DNA of 64,000 nt from Camelus ferus (taxonomy: Eukaryota): contig NC_045707.1 in assembly GCF_009834535.1 (NCBI RefSeq), forward strand, positions 49,416,001 through 49,480,000. Direction: 5' to 3'. The notes under the pieces are model-generated. The model worked only from the letters and a program-made list of their open reading frames with translations, was not told the DNA's origin and did not search any database. Shown piece after piece: positions 39,091 to 53,751 of this stretch (position 1 is its first letter; the number at the start of each line of letters is the position of its first letter). A program made the position numbers and the translations under genes.

Positions 39091-39934
39091 ACAGAGAAAT
39101 GATATTTGAGAGGTGTATTTAAAGCAGGGAGACAGGATGACGAGGAGCACACAGGTTGATGCAAAGATATTGGTAACATTGAAGTTTTTAGGTCCAATGC
39201 TGAGTGATTAGGTATCCATTTTAATATTTTCTACCTTAACTTTTATACGTATCATACATACTAGTTTGTGCTTTCAAAATATATGTAAATATTTTTTAAA
39301 GAATATAATTTGATGATAATTAGGCTGTCACCTGAATATCTGCTTCCAGTGTCTTGCTAGATCAGATCTGCTTTGACCTACCATTCTACTTAATGTAAGT
39401 CTCTGATAAGCATCACTAATTAGGTATTTCTGATAACCAGGCCTTGTCCTAATCATTTTACATGCCTTCATTCTCTTAGAGTTCACAATAATCCTGTGAC
39501 TTCAATATTTTTATTGTCCCAATTTTACTGTTAAAAAAAAGCATAGAAAGAAGTTAAGTAACTTGCTCAAAATCACACAGCTAGATAGTGCCAAAACCAG
39601 AGTTTTCACCATTCTGCCATATCATCTCTTTTTATGAGCACAGTTTAATCTTATCCACCTAAAACAGAAGAAAATGGTAATCTAAGTATAAAATAGACCC
39701 TCCCAAAGTTACATACATGATTTTTTTTTCTTAGCTATAATCACCTAAGCTAGTGATTTCTATTTACCCTGTTTTAAAGTAAATTTATATAAATTTAAAG
39801 AAGCCCAGTATACAAAAGTGATAAAAACAAAACTCTGATTAGAGTAGATGAAAGTCTACCTACATTGATTTCCCAGAGGTTCTGCTGAATATATTTTGAA
39901 AACCTATAACATCCTATGGATAATTGAGGGCTGT

Positions 39935-40418
39935 TGGTGATAGACTGGAATATTGTGTCCATTCTTCTCCCCATTTCTATTATAGAAATATATATCCATG
40001 CCCTTTGCCAAAATACTTAGGCATACCTCTCCTTAATGTAGACAGAATGTTTCCCCCCTTGCCTGTTGTTGTTGAACTTGGCCGTGTGATTTGCATTGGT
40101 CAGTTGAATAGTAGCAAATGTGACATGAGCAAAAACTTTAAATACAGTTGTATAATTTGTCTTGGATTCTTATGTTCCTGCCATTGCAATGAGAAGAGCA
40201 TGCTCTGAGTTGCTACTTTTCTCCAGTGGGATATGTGGAATAAACCCAACCTGACCTCCAGATGAACTCACTGAACCCAATTAAACTCAACAAAGATCAA
40301 CCAAACTTCAACTGGCCCACAGACATAGGAGCAAAAAGAAAAAAAAAAATTGTTATGGTAAGCCACTGAGATTTAGGGACTGTTTAGTATTATTGTAGTA
40401 AAAGCTGTCTAAAGCAAT
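39935..40418 (+). mobile_element. MLT1H/I/J-type MaLR LTR
   Basis: cttggccgtgtgatttgcattggtca...ctgccattgcaatgagaagagcatg...taagccactgagattt. Confidence 0.7.
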
Positions 40419-40687
40419 AACTGTATTATAATTTTGAAAACAATGTTAACAAAAGCGCAGAAGTCTAACACATAGCCAGTTCCTCACAGTTTAAAACACT
40501 TCCATGAGAGGGAGTACCATGTAGTGTAAAAAGCATGGCCTCCGATGTCTGGCAGACTTGGTTGTGGACTGAAATCACTAAGTCTCTTGCCCTCAGTTTT
40601 TGCATCTAAGAAATGGACAAATGGTTTGGGGAGATTACAAAATTAGATATGTAAAGAGGTTAGAGAACATGGACATTTAACAGATGG

Positions 40688-40691
<4 letters not shown>

Positions 40692-40744
<53 letters not shown>
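40692..40744. repeat. (TTA)n microsatellite, about 17 units
   Basis: Seen directly; follows a MIR fragment. Confidence 0.95.
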
Positions 40745-42221
40745 ATAATCATTATATATTAAGCAAATTAATGGAAACACAAGAACTTCTTTTCAAAAAA
40801 GCACCTTGAAAACAGAGATACCTTGTATTTAGCTCTATTTTATTATTGTTCTACACAAAAGAGAGTGACAGACTCACTATGTCTGTGGCACATTCTCAAA
40901 ATTAGCTGTTAGGAAAAACCCAGAATATGCCCCAGTAACTTGAGAGCCTTGTCCTGTTTCTTATTTTTCTGAGAGTACTACTAGCAGAGGAAAGGGCCTT
41001 GCTTATTAAACTGTGATCCTACAGTGCCTATTTGACAACAAACATTTAATTTTCCATTTCCTTATTGTTAAAGATTCTGAAAATTCCTGACATTTCTTGT
41101 CAAAAATTTACTCATCTATTGTGCACCACTAAATTTGTGTGGTGTGCTACATTTGAACTTATCTACAACACACAGAATCTGTTGACAAATGTCTCTTTTT
41201 TTTCCACGGCCTTCATAATACAATGACTCATTCCCTCCTGGGTGGTAGGTAACTGCCCTTGGTCACTAAGTGAATGATTTGGAAAGTCCCTGTGGCTGAA
41301 CATATTTGAGTTAAATGGTGTTGTGGGAAAGATGGGGGGTCATGGAAAGAGCATAGCACTGCAGATTGTCAAATGATACATGGAAGGCGTCAGGAGTGTG
41401 GTGCAGATGGAGAGGCTGTGAATATGTTTCAGGTACTGAAGAAATTAGAACAAGCAGAAATTTACACGGGTTCCCCTTGGGTATTGGAATCTGGTGTCAG
41501 TGTTCTCAGAAATACAGATGGTGTTACAGTACACATAATAGCCTTAACTCTCACCATCTGGACCCAAAAGAGACTGCTTGCTTGGATTCCCTAATCAGTG
41601 ACCATGTTTTACTGCATGGGTTGCAATTAGAAGTGACATTTCTGTACTTCTTTTTGTTTTTCAGCTGATAACCTTAGCTTTCCTATTTTCTTTCTCTGAA
41701 ATGATCCTCTAACCCTGTCACTTATAACCCTCTCTACTCTGAGCTGATTAGGACACTGGATTCCAAGCAGTTCTACTTTGTCCCTCATTCATCATATGGG
41801 AGCAAATTTGTAGATGGGGTGTTTAAGCAGCACCCATTCTCCAAGGAAAGGTGATATGCTCATAAATAATTTGGTTCTGTCAACAAACAGCAGAAGAAAT
41901 ATCTGACGTGAGGTTTTATGTTGTCTGTGCTGTATGACTTAAGAGGGAGGCACCATCTCTCTGAGCTGCAGTGAAGGTAGTACAAAGCAATCACTCAAGA
42001 TATGATCCCATTGGAGTGGCAGGGTAATTGTCAGAGGTATTGATTTGTGTTTTGCTTTCCTGTCCATTTTATGAGAGTAGCCAGGCCCCATGCACATCCT
42101 TGCTTTAAGGGAGCTTCATGTTTTCCATCTAATAGCAGAGGTTGCCTAGACTTTATTCCTACAACTGAGTTTCTGGGAAAATTACTAGTGAGCCATTTAA
42201 AGAGCAACAGGGAATAAAAGC

Positions 42222-42660
42222 ATTGGTTGGATTGTGTTCCCCTGAAAGATATGTTGAAGTTCTAACCACCAATACCTGTAAATGTGACCTAATTTGGAAA
42301 TAGGATCTTTGCAGTAATTTGAGTTAAGATTAGGTCATACTGGATTAGGATGGCATTAAATTCAGTGACTAATGTCCTTAGGAAAAGGCCATGTAAACAC
42401 AAAGACACAGGGAAAACATCATATGAAAAAAGATACCCAAATTGTAGTGATACAGCTGCAAGTCAGGGGACACTAAGAACTGCTAGCAACAACCCGGAGA
42501 AGGGAGGAGGGAGCCGTGGAACAAATTCTCCCTTCAAGTCTCTAGAAGAAACTAATCTTGCTGACACCTTGATAACATACTACTAGCCTGTGAATTTGGG
42601 GAGAAAAAAAATTTGTTGTTTCAAGCCATCCAGTTTGTGGCATTCCTAGGAAACAAACTC
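42222..42660 (+). mobile_element. MLT1B/C MaLR solo LTR
   Basis: aaagatatgttgaagttctaacc...tttggaaataggatctttgcag...tttcaagccatccagtttgtgg. Confidence 0.85.
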
Positions 42661-45600
42661 AAAAATAAAGTCCCTGTGAGGCATGAAGGGAGACTTCTGA
42701 GGCTAAAATGAGGTCATGATTGAACTAGGAGAGAAAATCAACAGCAGAAACTCTGTATAGCTCTCCCATTTATTTAATCTCTGATAATAAGCAATTTATA
42801 TAATGTCTCTAAGGTTCATCTTCCTCCTTTACAAAACAGAGAAGGTAACTTATGTGAGCTAGAATGGTGCTCAGTATACAATAGCTCTTGTTTTTACAAT
42901 CAGTGTCATCATTGTGATGATGATCATGATCATCTGTAATACTGCCTGAAGTCATGGGGAGGGGGTGCTGCATCAGGACTAGGGTCTCAGCTGACCATGG
43001 TACTTACTGAGCTATGGTGTGCCAGAAAGAGTGGATACAGTCTTAACCCAGCTAAGCCATAGAGCCTTCTTAGGAAAACACAATGGTTCCAACCCAACTG
43101 AAATGTGCTTCTCTATTAGGGAAAATATTCCTCAGCCAAGGTGGCTGCCTCCCATATAATCCTGTTGAGGTAAAAAGTCAAAGTGGCTTTGTGAGTGGAG
43201 ACTGGAAAGACTTCTTAAAGCATATTCTCATGACTGACTTCATTTTGATCTATCTAGAGTGGCTTAGCAGGTGCACAAAGGCAAGAAGGAGAAATGAAGA
43301 GGATACCTTATATTTTCAACTCTCTGCATTTTTCCAGCACTTTTGTTGCATCCTCAATTCATAAAATTGTCCTTGTTGTGAGTTTCTAAGGGATCTCAAC
43401 TGACTAGGGCATGATTTTGGATTTGATTTTCTGACTGGGCTCCTTATCTCAGCAGAGAAGAAGCGGATCACAGTTTACGTCTGGGCCATACCCCTCTGCA
43501 GTCAGCTATCTCATAGATATGAGCTGCAGGGGGTCCAAGGTCCAAAACACCATCTTTGTAAAACTGTTCTGTACATCAACACGTATTTTACTGCCTTTGT
43601 AACACACACTCTGATTAAAGATCATTCAATACCATAACAGAAGGTAAAGGAATGATTGTGTGATTTCCTCTAGAGGCAATAATGGCTCCTTTCAAGAACC
43701 TAGTGAAGTTACACATTTGTGATGCTATGGTGTCTTGACCCCTTTCTGTGACATCTGATTTCTTTTTCATATGATGACACATTAAAAGGATATAAGCCAG
43801 GGTGGACATTCTCAACTTTTTATATAATCTATTAAACTTTTTGTTTTTAATAGCTAATGGCCAAAGGAATTTAGTGTATGCCAGGGGTATCCTAAATCAT
43901 CTGCAATTTTTAAAACTTATTTTTATCATTTCTTTGTGCCTAGTTTCCAAAACCTAGCTAAGTCTAAGTAGAAATATAGTAGAAATATTTAAAATATCTT
44001 TCTAACATATTATGGTACATTCCAATATGGAGATTTCCATCAGGTCTTTTACTATGGGAAACAATGGCCAATGTATTCTGGAATTGTTGTACTTGAAACA
44101 AAAGTTAATCACTGATTGTCCCTATCTCCATTGTTTTTCTTTAACCAGTATATTTAATGGGATGGAAAGGGTTTGGTTCCTTGGCCCTGGCTCTTAGAGC
44201 TGGAGACACGACCGTCCTAAGCATTATGTTGCAAGTTCACTTTCTTCTTGGCCTACCTGTACTCCCAGAATGACTTGCAGTTAGATTTTCTAGGATAATC
44301 TGCATTCGGTTTTCTCATTGAATTCCATGGCCAAGACCAAAATGCAGTCATTCCATTGAGGAGAAATGGGAATCTAACAAGACTGGGAGAACCATGGTTA
44401 ATCTAATCCTTTGCTAGTAAGGTTGGTACAAAGTGACACAGAAAGGTCATTTGCACATGGTAAAGAATCATGGGGGTTAGAAAAGACATTGAGTTCCAAA
44501 GTTACTATACAAATGCCAACATGTTACAGGTAGATAACCCATGGTTGGGAGGAGTCCTATACAGAACATGTAGATTGAGATATGATTATTATTAAGTCCA
44601 AGTATTCTATCTAGTCTCACTTCTGCATCCTGTCATTGCACCTATTATGTGAAGAATCTGTGAGTTGGAGGGCAGCAACTCATTAAGAAGAACCAAGCTA
44701 GCTTAATAAATAGGATTTTGGAAGATATGTCATTCAATTACATAAAAGAGTTTTTCACTTCACCTAAAGTTACCTTCTTGAACTTTGCAGGTGCAAATGA
44801 TACTAGATTGTACGTTGAGCGCTCATTATTGACACAGATGGCTTATTTTTAGCAAAGCAGCTCCCAGAATACTTCATAGCACCTACACACAGAAAGAAAT
44901 CTACATCTTAAAAAATACAGCGAGGCTGTCAATTTGAACATGCAATTGCATAATGAACTTTATCAAGTACTTATTTTAGGAAGCAAGGCTGTGTACTAAA
45001 AACTTTTTCTTGATGCATTTATATAGACCATTTTAACATGTCAATTTCCCCCAAAGATGTCTATATTAGTACTTAAAGCATAAAATATTTCTAAGCATTT
45101 ACTTAATATATTTGTTTAGTAATTTATGAGGAACTTGACCATTAGGACATTTTTTTTTTCATGGGAGGAGGAGAGTGCAACTCTTAGAAATATTTAGTAT
45201 GTGATACTTTATATCCTGACCTCAAGAAATATATAATCTAATCAGGAAAAATTAAACACAAATGACAAATAACACCACAAAGCAAAATCAACTGAGTTTG
45301 TTTAAAGTCATATTAGTTTTTCTTCTCTTAAGATTTTTTTAGATCTATTTGAACTCTTTCAAACTGTGTGCAAATAAATGGGAAATGAAAGCCCAAGAAA
45401 CAATGACTTTATGCATTTCTTAGCATTCTTTTCAGTAATCCACACTCTGCACCAACCTCATTTTCATAAACAATGATGCCTAGCAAATATCAGGTCCTCT
45501 AGACTGCAGTTGTACAATTTATACAATAGCACATCTCAAAAATACATATGGAATTGGTCTCTTCCCTTTATATCTTCCTTGGAACATTCTACAAAGACCA

Positions 45601-45915
45601 AATTCTAAAGATGTCCTTCTCATCCTTCTTTGAAATGAAAATCCATCTCATAAAAGAGAACCCAACTTAATTTGTCATTCTTCCGTTTTCACAGAACACA
45701 TTGAGTTTTATTATAGATGCTTCTTAGAGCTCCTCTTGACATTTCCAGAAACACTGGTCTTTACACATACAGAAGCAGGTCAGATTCTCCCAGTCCTAAT
45801 CCTCAATGTCTGACATCTTAAGACTTCAATTCATTTCCATCTCTCAAGATTTCTATTTGAAGTGAAGTGAAAATCTTCAGTTAGGAAGGATGGTTCCCAC
45901 TTAATCTTCACTCAG

Positions 45916-46375
45916 TGTGTTATTAGAATAAAATCTAAACCGCTGTAACAAAAACTCCTCAAAACACAGTAGTTCACTATGTAGCTATGTATTTATCTAC
46001 GTTGTAACAGTTCAAGAGGGTAGGCAGACTCTGTTCAATAAGATTATTTGGGGACCTAGGCTGGTGCAGGAGTCCTGCTATCTCCAGCAAGTGGTCTCCA
46101 AGCTTGCCCTCTTCATGATCTTTTCTACCATGAAGATCAATGTGAATCCAGTTCTGTTTGTCCAGTGCAAAGAGGGAAAGAGAGTGTCCAAGATTACCGA
46201 TATTTTTTAAATGAGGTGGAATTTGTAAGCATCACTTATATTCACTTTTCACCAAGAAGAATTCATTTATGCACCTACTCAATTGCTTAGGAGGCTGTTG
46301 AACAGTCTTACAGGACAGCCATGTGCCAAAAGAAAGAGAAAGAGATTATTAGGAAACAACTAAGAGTTTGTACAC
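45916..46375 (-). mobile_element. Old MaLR LTR (MLT1J/K-like)
   Basis: gctgtaacaaaaactcctcaaaacacagtagtt...ggacctaggctg...ggaggctg. Confidence 0.5.
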
Positions 46376-47750
46376 TCAGAGGTTATGAATCATATGGTTC
46401 ATTTTTCAACTTTTTTTTTTTTTTACAAAATTGCCAAATGCAGAGGCAGTTCTTAGTTTTTCTCGTTAGTTTTTCTTGTTGAGGGAGAGGGCTAGACAGT
46501 ACTTTCCATCACATCCTGACAATATAAAAAGAAACCACAGCTCATAGGAAAGTAAACCATAAATCTTGATACTGTTTTTATTCCCTCCTCATTCTGCATA
46601 TCCTAAGCCAAACAGAAATATTTCTAGTAGAAGACAATGTATCAAGTGCTATAAAATTATTTGGCTGGAGAAAGTGACAGAAATTTCTTGTTTGAAGGTA
46701 GCGCTCAGTGGACTTGCTCTTATTACCTGCTGAACACTGAGAGTTCCCCTAGCCCAATTTGAAGAATTAAAGAAACTTCAATGGCTGTCTGGCAATATAA
46801 GTTAGACATAGGTGGAAATTTTCAGACACATCGGAGTTCAAAATATGTGACACAAACTATTGTACTCAAGTTAATAGGAGATAAATTTTTTTTTAATATT
46901 TCACAGGAATAAGAGATGCTGTCCTGGAGAGAAGGGAGAAAGTAATTTGGCTAGATGGATAAATATTTTTGGAGGGAGAGAATGAATATCAGTATGAATT
47001 CAGTCCTGACTGCCCTGGCTAGTTCTTAGTAGAATGGTGCAAAAACTTGCCAAGAATATTCTCAGGCCATCCAGCCAGGGAGTCTTATCTACTCAACCCT
47101 CTAGTTTTAATTTCTAAACATTTTCTAACCATAGCCATTATCTCATAGTTTCCTCCTATCAGCTGTGGCCCTCAACCTTTAAATATAAGCCAGCATTTCC
47201 ATGCACAATGGTAGTAAGCACCCAAAATCCAACAGTTGTATTCCTAGCATGTACTTAGTGACAACCAACCTTAACTTTAATTTCTGGATCCACTACTTTG
47301 TGCTAGAATCTCTATTCCTAGGAGATGCTCTCCAGTATTTATTTTCTGTCCCTTCTCAGTTTGGCCATTGTAGACTTTTGTTTGTAGCATACTGTACCAT
47401 GTCTACATAAGACCCAGGTTGGAAGAAATCTCACTTGCTAGACTAACCATCTTTCTTCTATCCTTCCCTTCAAGAAAATTGGATCCTAGTGTTTTAGGTT
47501 CTACAACGGCAGAATTGGGGAACATAGATTCAAGGAAGGTCTGGAGATCTGATAGCAATTAATATTCAGTAAACCAATATAGTGCATTTTCTGTGAGTAC
47601 AGTTCTCTGTTGAAAATAAGAAGTGCTATTCTCAGATGCTTAAGGAGAATATAGTCTAATTGGAGAGACAACAGAACTATGTAAAACTTACAAATCAAAA
47701 TATATGTTCAGCTGGTATTCATAAAAACAATGGAAATAAATTTTCTGTGT

Positions 47751-48265
47751 TTTTTATTGAGGTATAGTTGATGTACAATATTATATAAGTTTCAAGTGTA
47801 CAACATAGCAATTCATAATTTTTAAAGGTTACACTCCATTTATAGTTCTTGTAAAATACTGGCTATGTTCCTTGTGCTGTACAATATATCCTTTTAGCTT
47901 ATTTATTTTATACATAGTAGCTTGTACCCTTGCCCCTATCTTACGCTTTCTGCTTTCCCTTTTTCCACTGGTAACCATTAGTTCATTTTTTTCAACCTGT
48001 GAGTCTGAATTTTTTTGTTATATTTGCTAGTTTGTTTTATTTTTTAGATTCCACATATGAGTGCTGTCATACAGTATTTGTCTTTCTTTGTCTGATTCCA
48101 TTGTGTATGTGTATATATATACACCATATCTCTCTATAGATACAGATATATATCATAAAACCACTAATTCAAAAAGATACATGTACCCCAATGTTCATAG
48201 CAGCAATAATTACAATAGCCAAGATATGGAAACAACCTAAGTGTCCATCAACAGATAAATGGGTA
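47751..48265 (-). mobile_element. L1 3' end with an inverted 5' segment
   Basis: Antisense 3' UTR at 47751-48130, then sense aaaagatacatgtaccccaatgttcatagcagc...ccatcaacagataaatgg at about 48157-48265. Degenerate TSD gaaa(t/ag)aaatt(t/c)tctgt. Confidence 0.85.
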
Positions 48266-48939
48266 GAAAAGAAATTCTCTGTAATTTAAAACAATACCTT
48301 CTTCCCACAAATGTGAATAACTTAGAAGTGTACTTTGGGATCCAAATGATTCCTATGGTCTAAATATCTAAATGTCTTACTTTTGATGTATGAATATACT
48401 TAGCTTTATGATAGAATTAAATTTTCTATGAGATGCAATTTTCCATGGCCATCCTATCATCTTCAGACAAGATATTAATTGCCTTACCTCTTTGTTGGCA
48501 CTAAGTACTATAAACAAATAAAACATGAAATAAAATGCTAAAAATACATTGAAGACACTGATTTCTGTTCATTCTCTAACTTGTTAGTTTAAATATTGAG
48601 AGCAGTATATTGACACATGTGCTTGATTTCCATGAAGTTCAGCCTTCTAAGACCTGACTTTAGACATAATCATGGAAATAAATGCTATTAAACATGACAG
48701 GCAGTATGTGTTTCTCTGGGCAGTTGCCTGATACTTTAAGGAGAACAAGGACTGCATCCTTCTGGTGGTGAGTCAATAGTTTCACTTAAAACACTACACT
48801 GAACTTCGTGTGGGAAGAACAGATTGTGTCTGATTCTTGTTTGTTCCCACAGACTGCAGCATAGTACCTAGTACCTTATAAGTGCTTAAAAAGTGGTTTT
48901 TTTTTTTTTTAAGCTGAACTAGAGTAGACTTGGGGTAGT

Positions 48940-49404
48940 TGTGGTAAGCAGAATAATGCCCATTGACCTACCCAAGATACCTATGTCCTAACCCCTGAAG
49001 CCTATGAATAGGTTAGATAGCAGGGTGACCTCAAAATGAAGAAATTGTCCTAGATTATCTGGGAGAATCCAATTGTAATGCAAAGGTCCTTAAATAGAGA
49101 TGAGGGAGACAACAGAGTCAGAATCAGAGAGACAGCATTCTGAGAAAGAGAATGCCCTTGCTGGCTGTCAGGAAGAAAGCCTTGAGCCAAAGTGTGTGGG
49201 CAGTCTCTAAAAGCTAGAGAAAGTAAGAGAACAGATTCTCCCCTAGAAACGCTAGCAAGACACACATCCCTGCTAACACCTTGATTTTAGCCCAGTGAGA
49301 CCCATGTTGGACTTCTGATCTTCAAACTATAAGGTAGTAAATGTGTTTTTTTAAGTCATAAAGTTTGTGATCATTTGTTACAGCAGCAATATGAAGCTAA
49401 CACA
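48940..49404 (+). mobile_element. MLT1D-like MaLR solo LTR
   Basis: tgtggtaagcagaataatg...aacagattctcccctag...ttgattttagcccagtgagaccc...gctaacaca. Confidence 0.85.
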
Positions 49405-51978
49405 TAGGAGTGTGTTAAGGGGGTATATCCTTTGAGGTTAAATGACCTACATTTAAATGTTGGGTTAGCTACCTTCTATCTAGCTGAGAGTTCTCTTTGG
49501 AAGATACTCAGTTTTCCAAGTTTCAGCTTTCTCGTGTGTCAAATAGGATAATTGTCCCTAATGCACAGGACTTTTTATAAGAATTAAATAAAGCACTTAA
49601 AACAGTGCCTGACACAACTTGCTTTTTAAAATGTTTGTTATTTTTATTATTGTTTTGTAATTATCGTAAGGTTATTTAATAAAGCCAGCTATTTCACTGG
49701 CTTCATTCCACAAAGAATTTGAGAAAGCTTTCAGAAAGTATCTATAAGGGATCAATAGAAGGCAAAAATCAAATCCCAATAAAATACAAACAGTAATGTA
49801 AACATCAGGAACAAAAACCAAAACTCTTGTACTGAATGATCCCCCTAGTTGCTATGGTTTGAGTTTGTGTCTCATAGAGAGACCTGGACATAAGTAACTA
49901 GAATGCACAAAAAGTGACAAGAATCATTTAACTCTTGAACAATGTACTATGAGAACTATGAGAACTCTCAGCTAGATAGATCGTGGGAAAGTTTCAGGGC
50001 AGAAGAGGTAATTAGAGAGGGCTTTAGGAAATTATCAGGGTTTAAATAAGTGGAGAATGGAAAAGAAGCTTGTTTATAACAAAGAAACAGGATAAGCAAT
50101 GGGTTCTTTCCATAGAATCCATCAACAGAGTACCTCCGTGACACAGAGCTCAGCAAGCTTACCCTTTTCTAAACAAATCTACCCACATCACACTCCATCC
50201 CACCTCTCAAATATCTTCCCAAATGTGTGCTTAGTCATTCAGACTGACTCTCATCTAAATTTCCTTTCACTCTTCCCAGCTGTATATAAATATTTCCTCA
50301 GCTACAAGGCTTCCTGTTGAGCCCTGTTTCTCATCAGGCATGCCTGCCATGAAAGATTGAATACTTGCCCACCCAAGACATCAATCAACGTTGCTATATC
50401 CCTCAGCTCAGAAAAGTGGACTGCCTCAAACCTTGTAGTAAGTCCCTTCAACCATAATTCTCTAACCCTTCAACCATAATTCTTGTAAAAGAAGTGGCAA
50501 CATCTTCCCAGACTTAGCAGTTATGATAAAATATACCCCTCTCCACCTTACTAAGAACCTCTCTTAGAATATGAAAGAACAGGCTTCTGAAATCTTGATC
50601 CTTTAAAATTTTTAAAACTAACTATAGTAAGCTTTGACCGAAAGGTATCTAGATTATAGCAAATGAAGTATCTGCCTTCCAGAGTATTAGACCTTCTTCT
50701 TGGTAGTTGTGTTAAAAGTAGCCTAGTTTCCAGATAATTTCAGAGTGAATATTCTGAGGTCCTATAACACATATAATAAGAACATGTGACACATTTAAAC
50801 TTATCCCCCAAATGAGCTGGAAACAGTAGGTCTTAATGTTTGTTTTACTCTTGCCAAGGAAAAAAGAAACACACACATACATACACACACACGCACACAC
50901 ACACATGGAGAGAGTAATTTCAGATAGTCTTGGCTGAAGCATCACAATCAAGTTATACATTCAACAGATAGTTCTTGAGCAGTTACTTCAAGGGAATTGG
51001 ATTCATAAAAATTAGAAAAATGAAAAACCATTCATTCTTTCTAAAAATAAATCATGAGCTCTCAATCTCATAGTGAGATAGAACCACAAAAAATTACAGC
51101 AGACAGGTCCAAGATCACAGCCAGAAACAAACTGTGACAAGTAGGGACAAGTATGACCATTGGAGTAAGGTAACTGAGGCACTGGGAAATAAATTTTTGT
51201 TTTTTTAGAAGAAGTAATAATTGACTATTTTTGCAGGAGGGGATGTTTTAGCCCTTTATATTTTCTCCTCTACCCATAGGCAAGAAAAAACCTCATACTG
51301 CAGCTTCTGTCTTCCTTTACCCATGTCTTGGCAACTTTTTAAAGGAAGGGGCTATTACCCTTATTAGTCAAGTCCCAGAATATTCACTGGAGCTTACTTT
51401 CTAGGGGGGCAGTTTCTGAGCTGTAAAAGGCATAAGGCCATGCTCATAGCTTACTCTTTATTCCATGCCCTTCCTTTTACTTTCTGCTCCTGTAAGGTAA
51501 GCATGGGGACATGACCACTCTCATCCAGACAGCTACTCTGATACTTCAGATAGCCTAGATTCCAGAAATGGAGTAAGAAGCCCCTTTTATTCTAGACTTA
51601 AATTTTGTGCTATGTCACAACTCATCAGCAATGATGGACAGTGAAACAATAGAGGGTACTTTCCCCAGAAATCAAAATAATCATATTTCCTCATTTGGCT
51701 ACAATTCCTTGCTCTCTTACTTTCTAATAGGGAATTTCAAGGAGGAGGATGAGTGAGTGTTTGGATTCAGGGATGAAAACCACCCAACTCCATTGTCAAA
51801 AACAGCTTGAGCTGAGGCTTAAATGATAAGTAGGATTTTCTAAGCAAGAGGTAGGAGGTGGGGGTGGGAGGTAGCTGGAACAGGCAGCATAAGGAGATGA
51901 TTTGAGAACAGAGCAAACAGCATTAGTAAAACTGTGAAATAACTTAGGCAGAGTACGTGGAGAAGAGTAAAAGAAGCA

Positions 51979-52053
51979 TTATGCTGTACACCAGAAACTG
52001 ACACAACATTGTAAATTGACTATACTTCAATAAAAATAAATATATACAAAAAA
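51979..52053 (+). mobile_element. 5'-truncated camelid L1 3' terminus
   Basis: tatgctgtacaccagaaactgacacaacattgtaaattgactatacttcaataaaaa. Confidence 0.8.
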
Positions 52054-52313
52054 TGTATGCCATCAAAAATCATTTTAAAAAAAGATGGTATGGCTGGATG
52101 GGGCTGGGTCCAGGTCAATAAAAATCTGGTTATGCTAATATGTTTGGATCTTATCCTACAGGCTATAGGGAGCAAGTGAAGGGATTTAAACCAAAGAATA
52201 GCATAATAAACTAGTCTCTTAAAAAAGTGTCTTTGACAGTTGTATGGATAATCAATAGGAAAAAAATTAGAACAGCTAGGAGATAATTGAGATCACCGAG
52301 GTGAGAGTATTAG

Positions 52314-52662
52314 TGCGATGGACTGAATGTTTGTGTCCTCCCAGAATTCATATGTTCGAGCCCCTATGTCCAATGTGATGATATTTGGAGGTGGGATCTT
52401 TGGGAGGTAATTAAGTCATGAGGATGGAACCTTCATGAATGGAATTCGCCCTTATTAAAAGAGGCATGAGAAAGATGTTCTGTCTCTGCCCTGTGGGCAA
52501 GTTACACAGCAAGAAGGTAACTGTCTGCAAGCTAGGAAGAAAGTTCTCATTAGGAACCTGATCTTGGACTTCCCAGCCTCCAGAAGCATAAGAAATACAC
52601 TTCTATTGTTTAAGCCACCCAGTCTATGATATTTGTTACAGCAACCTGAGCAGACTAAGACA
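52314..52662 (+). mobile_element. MLT1A0-like MaLR solo LTR
   Basis: tgcgatggactgaatgtttgtgtcctcccagaattcatatgtt...cagactaagaca. Confidence 0.88.
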
Positions 52663-53440
52663 AGTGGCAAAAGAGAGAAGAATGAAATTGAGTATCTGAC
52701 ATGTGAAAAATACCACAGATCTATGCACTTCATATCCAATCACTTTTTATTCCCCAAAATAACTCTGTGAGGACAAAATCATTATCTTACTTTGCCATAA
52801 AATAAGACAGCCAGGATTAGAACCCATATCTGCCTCATTTCAATTCTTACTCTCTTTTCACACTGAACTGTTTTAATGTCAGAGGGAATGGAGAAAATAA
52901 TATTGGCAAAAAAGAAACTAGAAGGTCAAAAATGGAAAAACAAATGCAGTGTAGAGAAGATGAGGGAGGAGCCATTTGATTTGTGATTGAGACAAGAAGT
53001 GAATGCAGGTTCTCATGGAAAAACCAAGTGGAGATGCCCAGTGAAGCTGGATGTAGTGACCCTTACTGGTGTCCACATCACACAGAATAACATTGCCCAA
53101 GGAAAAGCAGGTAGAATGAGAAGAAAATAAGATTGAGAATTATGTCATGGTCCACTCAGGAGACAGAAACCACACTACTTGTTTTGTTTGTTTGTTTTGT
53201 GTTTTTGTTGTTGTTTTTTTTAAGAGGGAAGTTAATGTAAAGATTCTTAAATTAGTATGAAGAACTGAAAATGTCAAAATGGAACACTGTCGTATTACAG
53301 TACTGTGGAGATAGCAAAAGCACAAAGTAGCTCCCAGCTATAGAGCTGGGAGAACAGGAGATGTTGCAGGGATTATTAAAATTTAGAAGCTTAAAGAAGG
53401 GGTCCTGAGGAACTGCTTCTCAGACCTCTGAGGAGGGGTG

Positions 53441-53745
53441 TGTTGGGTGTCCCCAAGACTACCCTCACCCTCCATGATTCACTAGGAGAACTTATAGGAC
53501 TCAGAAAAGCTGTTATACTCAGAGTCAAAGTTTATTAAAGCAGAATGATACAGATTAAAATTGATAAAGGGAAAAGATGCATGGGGAGAAATCCCTGAAA
53601 ATCCAGGTACAAATTTTCAGGTATCCTCTCTATGTAGAGTCACACAGATGCATTTAATTCTCTCAGCAATGGTATTTAACATCTGTCAGGTGTTGACAAC
53701 CAGAGAAGCTCACCCCACCTTGGGGTTATTCATTATTAGGAGTCT
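53441..53745 (-). mobile_element. MER21-group LTR fragment
   Basis: tgttgggtgtccccaagactacc...atgattcactagga...ggactcag...gtcacacagatgcatttaattctc. Confidence 0.75.
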
Positions 53746-53751
53746 TTAATA

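Noticed and set aside
41366..41668. ORFs of 73 and 100 aa in unique sequence
   Set aside because: No recognisable domain or exon structure; lengths are within chance expectation.
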